From assembly GCF_036321535.1 (NCBI RefSeq), contig NC_087438.1, positions 109,678,001-109,742,000 of the forward strand: a stretch of DNA of 64,000 nt. The letters are read 5' to 3'. Below, piece by piece: positions 37,823-48,385 of this stretch. Within the stretch, counting starts at the first letter, position 1; each line of letters begins with the position of its first letter. Below the pieces are notes generated by a model. That model made no database searches. It was not told the origin of the DNA and worked only from the letters and a program-made list of their open reading frames with translations. The position numbers and the translations under genes are program-made. This DNA is from Camelus dromedarius (Eukaryota).

Positions 37823-39929
37823 CTCTGGATAAATTCTTCATGTAGGGAAACTGAGTTGAATCAATGTATTTGAAGCACGTATCATGGTGCCTCATATGTA
37901 GTATGTATTTAACAAATGGTAGCTATTTTTATTACTTGGAGAGGCTTGCCCTAAAAAAATGACTCAAGGTGGAGGCGAGCTGTGACATTACTGCCAACAA
38001 TGACAACAGATAGTATGCCTTTTTGTTTATGTTAAATCTATATACTGACTATACTCAAAAATATATTAATATTTTTAATTTGGAGGATCTTTTTCTTTGC
38101 TGGGAGGGATTCAAAACCTTTCCTGTTTTCTTTCTTTTTAATATAAACTGTAATATGCTAAGCATAACAATACTATTCAAAGTTTAGTTATGTTTTTCAC
38201 CTCACTGTTTCACTTCTGTGTTCTGAATCCACAGGATATTTTACTAGAATCCTTGGTAGGCTTCTGAGCTCTCTGTTATTTCAGAATATGATCTTTTTTT
38301 TTTTTTCTCCTTCCCTTTTTTCTTACCTTCCTGTCTTAAACCAGGTTAAAACATAGACCCTGGAGTGTAGTACATCATTTTAAGAGACAGTGAATGCTCC
38401 AAAGTGACTACAAGATTATAGGGCCATTTCTGACTCTCTCTTTGCAGTTAATGTAGTGAAATTATACAGTTAATGTTTGTAAAGAGTGATGGAGATGAAA
38501 AGCAATATCTGAGTGCTAAGTGTTATTACTAAGAAAAGAAGAAGCAGAAAATAACTCTTTCTGTGTGTCCTTAGCCACCTCATCCTAAACCTAATATGAG
38601 CATGAAACTTCATAACTTTAACAGTTCTTTTAATAATGTTCAATCAAATATGAAATTAAGAAAACGAGGCTCACTGACTGTTACCACTCTGCCTCAGCCA
38701 ACATTTTAAACAGAGTATGGACCATATTTCTTCGTTCCCATGCAGCTGACTGAGCAAATGATGGGAGAATTTCTTTAGTTCTGGCCAAGGGGTGGGGATG
38801 AATGGGGTGCCGCTGAGGAAAGTTGATGGGCAGTAAGTAAAATAGGTGTGTACGAGATCAAGCTTGGATGGGACTCCATTGTTTGTTGCAGGTGTGTTCT
38901 AAATTGCAAGCATCAGGAACTTCCTAGAGAAAAAGCAAAATCTTTTTTAACCCCCTTTGGGTTTTAAGGAAGTCTGACGATGTGAGTTCTGACCAGGCCA
39001 TAATCTTAGACCCTTTGGGTGGTTTATGACCTTAGTGGTTCTAATACCATCAACTTGTCAAGGCCAAAGGCATCAGATGGACAGGTACAGTCTTCATCAC
39101 CAGGGTATGGAAGTGGTAAAGTTATTTCAAAGTTAAGTTTTCATTTAGGTACAACAGTCTCCTCATGTCTCATTTTTATTCTCATATAGAAAGAGACGTT
39201 TTTCCAAGCTGATATATACTGAGCAATGACAGTCACTTTAATTATGCACAACATACTGGGGTCTGCTTCACTGATCATAATTGCAACTCTGACGTGCACT
39301 CTTTTGTGATTCAAATGTATCCTCTTGAGTCCAGCTCTGAAGATTTATTTGTTGTGGTGGGTTCTGCCAGGGCTGTGTAGCCTCAGGGAATGTGGCTGGT
39401 GTCGCTGGAGACACTGGTGTGAACTTGAAGAAGCGCAGTGGAAAGGCAGAGATAACCGAGAAGAGAAATTCAAGTTTAGATATTGGTCCTGCCACTTGTG
39501 AATCAGGACTTGCGCCTCTTTAGTAAACATCAGAAAATAATCACCATATATTAGTGATATTGGAGATGCCATTTATTCACTGGACAGAGATTTACCGGCT
39601 GCCTGTTGTGTGGAAGACTCTGCTTTATGGTATAGTGGGTATGATGAAAATGTAGATTTAAAAAACCCAAATATATAAAGTGGACTGTTATCAAAGTGCT
39701 AACAAGCAGAAACGTGTCAGTGTTTATACTGCCACAGGATTCTTGTCTGATTTATGAAAAAATCTTAGTCCTCTGATTCCCTGTCTGCAGCTGGTGGAAC
39801 ACCCTGGGCTGGGGGTTGTTGCAAGAGGTCCACAAATCCATATGTTCACTAAGAATAAGCAATTTACATAAATGTACTTACACACACGTGCATGACTATT
39901 TCTAAGCATGTGTAGATGGTTTGATTAAA

Positions 39930-40350
39930 GTTTAGAAAAATCCATTAAAAATTATTACTGAATGCATTTGCTTTTTAATGTGTCTTTTCAATTGCTTGAT
40001 CGTGAAAGTATTTTTGTATTGCCATCATATAGTTTATATAATACTTTTATAGTAAAATACCTCCTCATATTTTATTTTTATTCTTTAAACATTTTGAAGT
40101 GATTTAAAAATAAGAACAAATGACTATTTATTTACCCACATATTTACCATGTCCAGTGCTTTGCATTCCTTTGTGTAGATCATGATTTTTATCTGGTGCC
40201 GTTTTCCTTCTGCTTGACGGACTTCCTTTTACACGTCTTACAGTGTGTGACTGCTGGCGATGGATTCTTTCAGCTTTTTTTTCTTTACATCTTAAAAAGT
40301 ATTTTACCTTTCTTTCCAAAAGATATCTTCACTGGGTATAGAATTCTAAG
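39930..40350 (-). mobile_element. old L1ME/L1M5 fragment
   Basis: ctgctggcgatggattctttcagc...aaagatatcttcactgggtatagaattctaag. Confidence 0.65.
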
Positions 40351-40797
40351 TTTTTTTTTTTTTTTTTCAGCTTAGCCTAATCAGGATACCCTTCCCGCCC
40401 CGGGCTGAGGGTAGGATGACTTTCCTTGAAAATACCGTCTCCTGGAAGTAGGCAGATAACTGCTCTTCAGCCTGGGGCTCTGCAGTCGTGGAATGGCCTC
40501 AGGGAAGAATGGATTTGGGTAGGTGGCCAACAGCGTCTGCATAAACTTTCCATAATGAGAGTCTGATCTAATCAGGAAGTGTTGAAGAAAGAAGATAAAG
40601 ATGGCTTTCATTATTTCCAGAGCCTAAGAGCCTAAAAGACCACAGTTTGAATTCTCTGTTACTCTTAATTTTCTCTTACTTTCTCACTCTTATACCTGGT
40701 CCTTCTCTGCCCTCACCTCTCTGCAGAGATCCATTACAGTTTTTAGCACGAAGAGTAAATGCTTCTGTTCTTGGGAAATCAGATGATGCTACAAATA

Positions 40798-40977
40798 NNN
40801 NNNNNNNNNNNNNNNNNNNNNNNNNNNNNNNNNNNNNNNNNNNNNNNNNNNNNNNNNNNNNNNNNNNNNNNNNNNNNNNNNNNNNNNNNNNNNNNNNNNN
40901 NNNNNNNNNNNNNNNNNNNNNNNNNNNNNNNNNNNNNNNNNNNNNNNNNNNNNNNNNNNNNNNNNNNNNNNNNNNNN
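40798..40977. other. 180-nt N-run of unknown content
   Basis: Run of N seen directly; flanks are not recognisably L1. Confidence 0.95.
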
Positions 40978-41179
40978 GTACAGACCGTCACACGCCAGTT
41001 CTGCTGAGAGCCATAATCTCCCATTTAACGAGCTCTTGTCCCTGAGCTCACAGAGGGAGGCCTGTTCTTTACGGAACCAGGTCTGGGGCTAGGATGTTCT
41101 CTGTGACTCACATTGGTAAAATCCCACAGAAAAATGGATTTTCCACCTTGGGCTGATGAAATGAAAGTTATTAGAAAGT

Positions 41180-41576
41180 AAAGTGTGTATGTAGGTCTGC
41201 TTCTGTGCAGGTGCCTCTGTGTATGTCTGTTTATCTCTGTGTGGGGGTCACTGTGTGTATATGTGCCCCTGTGTGTCCCTGTGTGTCTGTGCGTATGTGT
41301 CTATGTGTGTGCGTCTTTGGGTCTCTCTGTGTGTCTGTCTTTTTCTGTGTCTTTCTGAGTGTAAGCCTCTGTATTGCTCTGTGCATATCTCTCTCTCTGG
41401 GCGTGTGTGTGTCTGTTTGTGTGAGTGTATCTCTTTCTGTGCAAGTACTTCTTTTAGTGTGCAGGTGTCTCTGTGTGCATGTGTGTATCCCTGTCTGCAT
41501 GAGTCTGTGTATATGTATGAGTTCTTTTGTGTGTATGTGCATGCCCACGTGTGTGTATGTGAGTGTGTGTGTGTAG
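41180..41576. repeat. about 400-bp degenerate (TG)-rich simple repeat
   Basis: Continuous tgtgtg/tgtgtc/tgtatg variants; produces four overlapping spurious ORFs. Confidence 0.9.
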
Positions 41577-41619
41577 AGCTGAAATGGAAAAGAGTAAGCT
41601 GAGAGGAGGAAGCATTCCT

Positions 41620-41860
41620 TTGGGAGCTGTAGGTGAATAGAAGGCAGTGTGGTGTCCTATGAAGGGTGTGGAGTGGCAGCTTGGTGACCCGGATGTTCAA
41701 CCCAGTTTTTCATTTTTCCTCTAACTCACTGGATGATTTTCTGTGATTTCATTTCAACCCCCAGGGCCTTAGTTCTCTTGGAGATAATACTGCTTGCTTA
41801 ACCTAGCTCTCAGGGATTTTTCTGAGAATGAAGTAGTAATGTAATTTAGAATGCTTTCAA
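41620..41860 (+). mobile_element. MIR SINE
   Basis: aggcagtgtggtg; cctcagggattttctgagaatgaag. Confidence 0.55.
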
Positions 41861-43159
41861 AAAAGTTAAAAGCATGATAAAAAGAAAGGCATTAAATGGA
41901 TTAACATCTGATTTGATTCAGGGAAGACCTCTGTGTTCAAGATGTGCATGGAAAGGGTTTTTGATTCAAGTGAAAATCTTTGGCTGATAGATCCTGGGAG
42001 TTGAGCCACATGTCGAGCTACATAGGAAGAAGGGAGGAACTCAGCTTCACTTTTAAGGAGGGTGCCATGCTCTAAACGAGCAAAGGGCAAAGAATGTTCA
42101 TTTTGGATGCCAGTCCTGATCAATTTATGGTGGCTGCCTGGAACAGGATGTGGACCAGCTTTTGGAGGGCACATCCTAGTAACTGTGACAAGATCACTAG
42201 TGGGGACCTAGAAATAAGGAAGAAGGATTTGCAGGATGCTGGCCACGTACTTATCATCCCTTCCAGAGCTGGAGAGTGGGGAGACAGTGTCAGACTTGGG
42301 ACCTGAAGGCATGGGCTGATGTCTTAGAAGTTGCTGAAACTAAAAGTCTTTGTCAGCTTTGAAGTTAGTTAGTTTCTCTTCTTTCACACTACCTTGATGA
42401 CTCTTCCTAGGGAATTTGACAACAATCCAATTTTATTTTATTTTCTGTTCTATGAATATGTCAGTAACTTTATGTTAATTCATGCATAGATTTATGCAAG
42501 ATGGTATCAAGACGGGACCTTATTGGAATTAGGGAAAAGAGATGATTTAGGTTGTCACCATGGGTGTGAAGAATCTTCCTTATTCTTCTATTGTAATCAA
42601 ACCTCTCTCTGCCTGGATTTTGTCACAAGTTTAAAAAAAAAATCCTCTAGTTTTTCACTTATTCCCCAGAGTCCAACTGAGCTCTTAAGAAAATTGGAGA
42701 CAGATGGCACTGGAAAATGCATAACACTTCTTTTTTTTTTTGTACACTATCTGTTAAAACATTTTCTTACCTTCCCATCCCTTGCTTCTTGAAGCTTCGT
42801 AGGTCTTCCCGCAATGGCTTCATGACTCAGCACACACTGCAGACTTAATTTTCTTTTCTAATACTCCTTCGCCGAGCCCTTTTGATCCAGGTGTGTAAAT
42901 TCCTGCTCCCTTTATCTGGACGAGTAATTGGTGCTATTTCATGCAGGTGAGCATGCACGAGTCTGTGCTGGCATCAGCTGCCTGTCACCTCTGCTACTGA
43001 GTCCTCACAAAAGTCAACAGGGAGAGAAATGCTGTATAAACAGGTTTCACGCATCTTTCTTTTTTTTCAGTTTGGGGGAGGTGGTTGGAGGTAGAAATGT
43101 GGGCTGAAAGACCGTATAATTAGGAAGTTGAACATTGTTTTTTTTTTTTATTAGAGTGG

Positions 43160-43590
43160 TTGGTTTAATTAAGTGCTTTATGCCAGGTGCTGCTGCAGGG
43201 GTATAATAAGAATAAGACAGACCCAATCCCTTTCCTTATTGTCCTGGAGAGAGATACAGTTTAGCACACAGCTGCAAATGGGTATGGCATGGGGCTGTAA
43301 GCATGCGTAGCAGGGCTGTCTAACATAGCCCCATAGGGCTAGGGGTAGGGAAGATGGGCAAAGATGGCTTCTGGAGAAGAGTCGTGTTTAAGCTAAGGCT
43401 GAGGGAACTGGGAAGGTGTTGCCCAGGCAAAAGGAGGGTAGGATAGAAGGGCATAAATAGCACATTTAAATTCCTGGCATATGCAAGCAACAGAGTGGCT
43501 GGCGTGTAAGTGGCAAAGAGATTGAAGATTTGGCTGTAGAGGTAGCCAGGTCATGTAACCTTGAAGGATTTTTTTTTAAAAAGACTTGAT
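43160..43590 (-). mobile_element. L2 fragment
   Basis: taagtgctttatgccaggtgctgc...aataagacagacccaatccct; ggcttctggagaagagtcgtg. Confidence 0.7.
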
Positions 43591-43594
43591 CTCT

Positions 43595-43760
43595 GCTGCC
43601 TCTCAAACTTTCATGAGCTTGTGAATCACCTGGTGATCTTGTTAAAGTGCAGGTTTGGATTCAGAAGATCTGGGGTGGAACCTGAGATTCCGCATTTCTG
43701 ACAGGCTCGCAGGTGATGACGATGCTGCTGTTCCATGGACCACACTCTGAGTAGTAAGGC
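43595..43760. mobile_element. MER5A-like hAT MITE
   Basis: gaatcacctggtgatcttgttaaagtgcag...ggggtggaacctgagattccgcatttctgacag...ggaccacactctgagtag. Confidence 0.85.
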
Positions 43761-44084
43761 TTTTGACTCTGTCCTAGAGATAGTGGCAAAACTATGGAGA
43801 AATTTTAGGTAGGAGAATGAAATGACCTAATTGGTAGTAGAAATATCCCATTTCCAGCAGCGTAATGAATGGATATTAGGCGAACATATCTGGAACATGG
43901 AAATCAGTGAGGAGGTGGTAACAGTAGGCAGTCAGGTGAGATTTGTCAAACTGAAGTTGTGGCAATGGGCAGTGGACATTGCCGGTGGTTCATTCCTTAA
44001 CCTTGCTTGACTGCCTGTGAGGATAGTTCTGCCCATATCTGCCTCCTCCGCTGGGTGGTGGGCTCCCTGGTCATGGTGCTAAGG

Positions 44085-44300
44085 CAGCGTAGGACATAGC
44101 AGTACAGCTTGGCACTTAAGAGCATAAGCCTTGGAATCACTTGAGCTGGGATTTAAGTCCTAACTCCATCACTTCCTAGTTGCTTAACCTCTCAGAGTCT
44201 CCACTGTCACACCTGCTGTAGAGAATATCACCTAGCAGAGGATGGAGAGGATTAAATGAGATAATGCAGATAAAGTGCTAAGCCCTGCGCCTGACATTCA
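44085..44300 (+). mobile_element. MIR SINE
   Basis: ttaagagcataagccttggaatc; gcttaacctctcagagtctc; gaggattaaatgagataatgca. Confidence 0.75.
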
Positions 44301-44824
44301 TTGATTCAAAAAGTACATAGTGAGTACTTGCTTCAGCATGCTAGGCTTTGAAGCTTTGGCAATGAACAAAGTAGATCTGGTTCCTGCCCTCTTGGAACGC
44401 TTGATAAATAGTATTAGTAGCTGCTTATTATTCTCAGCAATAACTCTGCTCTTAGTCCATTCATTTTCTGCATGAAGACTAAGCAGGAAGCTCCAGTAGC
44501 CACTCTGTCTGGACAGTAAGCCCCCACCCTTCCCGAACAAGTTGTGGAGGTGGGCACAGTATTCCATACATTCAATTTAATTGATTCCTCGAACTCTGGC
44601 AGTGCTTTCAGCTTAATTACCCATAAAACTGAAGCAAGGGTACTTGAGATCTCACATCATTTTCCAGCTCAGTAATCTATATGTGGCCAACCCTGCGACA
44701 TTACATTTAATGGTTTTCAAAGGCTTGGGAGGCTGTCTGCCTGGCTTATCCTGAACCAGTGCCCGGATATGGCCCAGAATCTCCATGTAAAATAACTGCT
44801 TGGGTTTTGAGGCTGTAGATTTTC

Positions 44825-46024
44825 TTTCTTTCTTTTTTTTTTACATTGAAGTAAAGTCAGTTACAGTGTGTCAATTTCTGGTGTACAGTAAAATGTCCCA
44901 GTCATGCATATACATACATATATTCATTTTCATATTCTTTTTCATTAAAGGTTGTTACAAGATATTAAATATAGTTCCCTGTGTTATACAGAAGAAACTT
45001 GGTTTTTAAATCTTATTTTTATATATAGTAGCTAATGTTTGCAAATCTCAAACTCCCAAATTTATCCTCCCACCCCCTTTCCCTGGTAACCATAAGATTG
45101 TTGACTATGTCTGTGAGTCTACTTCTGTTTTGTAGATGAGTTCATAGTGTCCTTTTTTTTTTAGATTTCACATATGAGTGATATCATATGGTATTTTTCT
45201 TTCTTTCTGGCTTGNNNNNNNNNNNNNNNNNNNNNNNNNNNNNNNNNNNNNNNNNNNNNNNNNNNNNNNNNNNNNNNNNNNNNNNNNNNNNNNNNNNNNN
45301 NNNNNNNNNNNNNNNNNNNNNNNNNNNNNNNNNNNNNNNNNNNNNNNNNNNNNNNNNNNNNNNNNNNNNNNNNNNNNNNNNNNNNNNNNNNNNNNNNNNN
45401 NNNGGGTGCATGTGTCTTTTGCAATTAGAGTTCCCTCCGGATANNNNNNNNNNNNNNNNNNNNNNNNNNNNNNNNNNNNNNNNNNNNNNNNNNNNNNNNN
45501 NNNNNNNNNNNNNNNNNNNNNNNNNNNNNNNNNNNNNNNNNNNNNNNNNNNNNNNNNNNNNNNNNNNNNNNNNNNNNNNNNNNNNNNNNNNNNNNNNNNN
45601 NNNNNNNNNNNNNNNNCTTTTGAATGANNNNNNNNNNNNNNNNNNNNNNNNNNNNNNNNNNNNNNNNNNNNNNNNNNNNNNNNNNNNNNNNNNNNNNNNN
45701 NNNNNNNNNNNNNNNNNNNNNNNNNNNNNNNNNNNNNNNNNNNNNNNNNNNNNNNNTGTTTAGGTCTTCTGCTCATTTTTGGATTGGGTTGTTTGTTTTT
45801 TTGTTATAAAGTTGTATGAGCTGTTTATATATTCTGGAAATTAAGCCTTTGTCAGTCACACCATTAGCAAATATTTTCTTGCATTCTGTAGGTTGTTGTT
45901 TTGTTTTGCTTATGGTTTCCTTTGCTGGGCAAAAGCTTATAAGTTTAGGTCCTATTTGTTAATTTTTGCTTTTCTTTCTGTTGTCTGGGTAGACTGCCCT
46001 GAGAGAACATTGCTAAGATTTATG
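44825..46024 (-). mobile_element. young 1.2-kb 5'-truncated camelid L1
   Basis: T-tail, 3'UTR and ORF2 C-terminus; perfect 17-bp TSD tgaggctgtagattttc at 44808-44824 and 46025-46041; N-runs 45215-45403, 45444-45617 and 45628-45756. Confidence 0.95.
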
Positions 46025-46189
46025 TGAGGCTGTAGATTTTCAAATGAGGAACTAAGCTGCTGAACGCTTGAGAGGAAAGGCAAATGATGAGAGGAGTGTG
46101 AAGGTAGCAGTAGAAGGGAAAATGATTCATAGTCTTTGCTAGGGAGCTGTGACCCAGACCAAGGAGAGCTGGGACTATGCAAGGTCCAG

Positions 46190-46640
46190 CTGCAAAGCGT
46201 CCTTGGTTGTAAAGATTCTGGCTACTTAAGCAAATGAGAATTTAACGGAAGGTTATGGGAACTGGATCCCATGGGGAGAAACTCTTGGGGGTTCTCAGAG
46301 GACAGGACAGGCTGGAGGATCAAGTTTTAGAAAGGGCAGGAACCAAACAGAACTGGGGAAGACTGGACAGTAGGAGCCAAAGCAATGGCTTTGTGACTGT
46401 GAGAGGCTGGCTTGTCTGTGGGTTGGTTTACCATCACCTCTTCCTTCTCTCCCTGCAGTATCTGTTTCAGACTCAAAGTCCCAGAAGCAGGTCCAGCTGG
46501 TTGAGCATAGGCCACAGGTCTGCCCTCTTAACTTTTTTGAGAGTGAGGACAGAAGGGTTCTGGTGACTTTAGATTTTGTCTTGGGTGGTGGGAACTTAGA
46601 ATTACCCTCCCTCCATTACACACAGTGGTGCAGGAATCAG
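46190..46640 (-). mobile_element. old MLT1 LTR
   Basis: ggttgtaaagattctggctacttaagcaaatgagaattta; gggcaggaaccaa; ctcaaagtcccagaag. Confidence 0.6.
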
Positions 46641-47639
46641 TCCCCAGGAGGAAATTGGAATATTGCTAGGATGGAGGACATGGATGCAGGCACCTGTAGC
46701 ATGTAAAACGGCAAAGTTGATGACTTACTTATTAGTTGAGTCAACTTTGTCATATTTTTTTCCTTTGAGATTTCTGTAAATATATCTTGCCTTTCTAGGT
46801 TTCCCCAGGCAGCTCCTCCACCATCAGGGTGCCTGTCACCCTGCATTGAGAGTATCTGTTCATGAGGCCATTTCTGAACTAGCCCAAGAGTCCTCAGGGA
46901 CAAGGGTGGATCCTATTCGTCTGTGTATTCTTAGGTCTACCCAAGTGCTTACCACATAGAAACCACCGGATGAGCTGTAGTTGAATGAAACAGTGTGTGT
47001 GGGTATCTTACCAGAAACACAATTATGAGCAGCTGGGAATTTTAAGGGAGAAGTTTTTTTTCTTGGAAGGAAACATTTCAGCATCATTTTGTAGCATATG
47101 TATGTTTAAACCCACTCCACAAAGGGATGCAGATTTGAAAGTGCAGGAGTAATGCACAGCACAGGGACTTATGCACTCTGTGCAGGTCAGCTATTATTCA
47201 CTTAATTTTTGAAGAATTTTTTTTCACAAAAGCTTTCTTCGCTCAGGAAATATCCTTGTCTTGTTTAGTGCCACTCAAATATTTTCTCTTTAATCTGGAG
47301 ACACATTATCCTGTTCCCCAGGATACTTCATATTTCTGTCAACTCCATGATCTTTGCTGGGATCCAGCTCCATGGTTCAAAGAAGAAACTTGAACTGTTT
47401 GGGGCATCTGCAGGCTGGGTAAATTTAGCTACAGTAGCCATGGACAAGTGAGTTATTTCAGTCAACTTCAGACATAGGTTTGTAATCTTATGCATGGGTG
47501 CAGAATTTCAGATTCTGGACTGTATCATAAAACTTGATCCTCCCACTCCTCCCCTGCCCCTTTTAGTGAAGTGATTGGCAAGGGATTGTGGAGGATGGAG
47601 ATCTTTGTGATCCTGGATTTCTGCCCCCCTGGTCTACTC

Positions 47640-47960
47640 AGAGCAAGAAACAGAAACTGACTTTCTGTTACAAGCCAAGAAGAAATGAGTTGAAGGAACA
47701 CGGGGCAACCCCACGATGGCCCGAAAGGCTGGGGACCCAGGCAGCCAGGACCAAGGCTGCACGGCGGACAGATCCTGGCCACAGAACTAGACCCATGAGG
47801 TCCTGACAGCTGCTGGCACCGACCCTGGACCCCACGGCCCATGTGGTTGCTTCTAGCACACGGGACGCTACCAACCTGCTTGCCCTGGGCATGGGGGCTC
47901 TTCCTCCATCACTGGCCCTCAGGGTAGAGTCTTCCTGGTCTCTGATTCTCCTCATCTCTT
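47640..47960 (-). mobile_element. old MLT1 LTR fragment
   Basis: aacagaaactgac...aagaaatgagttgaagga...aaggctggggacccagg resembles the reversed MLT1 terminus. Confidence 0.5.
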
Positions 47961-48184
47961 ATTGCTGTTTCGAAGAAAAATGCTCATGACATTTGATTTT
48001 AAGCCATTGTTGGTAATAGTAAGAAAATCATCTTGATGTTTTTAGATCCTGGTATTAAAATGTTTTCTTGGTTCAACATGGATGAATGAAGGACTGTGGC
48101 AGAATCCACTCTTTTTCCTTGTGTGTCTGAATGAAGTGTCCTTGGCTGTGAGGCCAGGTTATGCAGAACTTGGTGCAAAGGCTC

Positions 48185-48385
48185 TGGATCCTGGTTTTTA
48201 ATCCAAACTCTGCCACTTACTAGCTGGGTGTCTTGGGAGCAATTCTTCCGTCTCTTCCAGCCTTGGTTTCCTCATTTGTAAAATGGAGATGGCCTCAGTC
48301 CCTACCTCAGACTTTGAGTTCTTGTGAGATGACATCGGTAGTGCTCTTAGGGCAGTGTCAAGCATATAATAATGCTGTTTATTAT
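48185..48385 (+). mobile_element. MIR SINE
   Basis: ctctgccacttactagctgggtgtcttggg...gtttcctcatttgtaaaatggagat. Confidence 0.85.

Noticed and set aside
39425-39600. Translation TCESGLAP...LVNIRK resembling a hAT transposase C-terminus
   Set aside because: Needs a frameshift and the match is weak; the DNA fits a decayed MIR at least as well
41205-41700. Four overlapping ORFs of 105-150 aa
   Set aside because: Products are V/C/S- or T/H/R-rich translations of a TG repeat
45161-45809. Long ORFs up to 202 aa (also 28669, 33096 and 40647)
   Set aside because: Mostly X residues from N-runs; where legible in the L1s they are ORF2 C-terminal remnants
47649-47669. 8-bp hairpin aacagaaa-ctgac-tttctgtt
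   Set aside because: Short and lies at the terminus of an MLT1-like LTR
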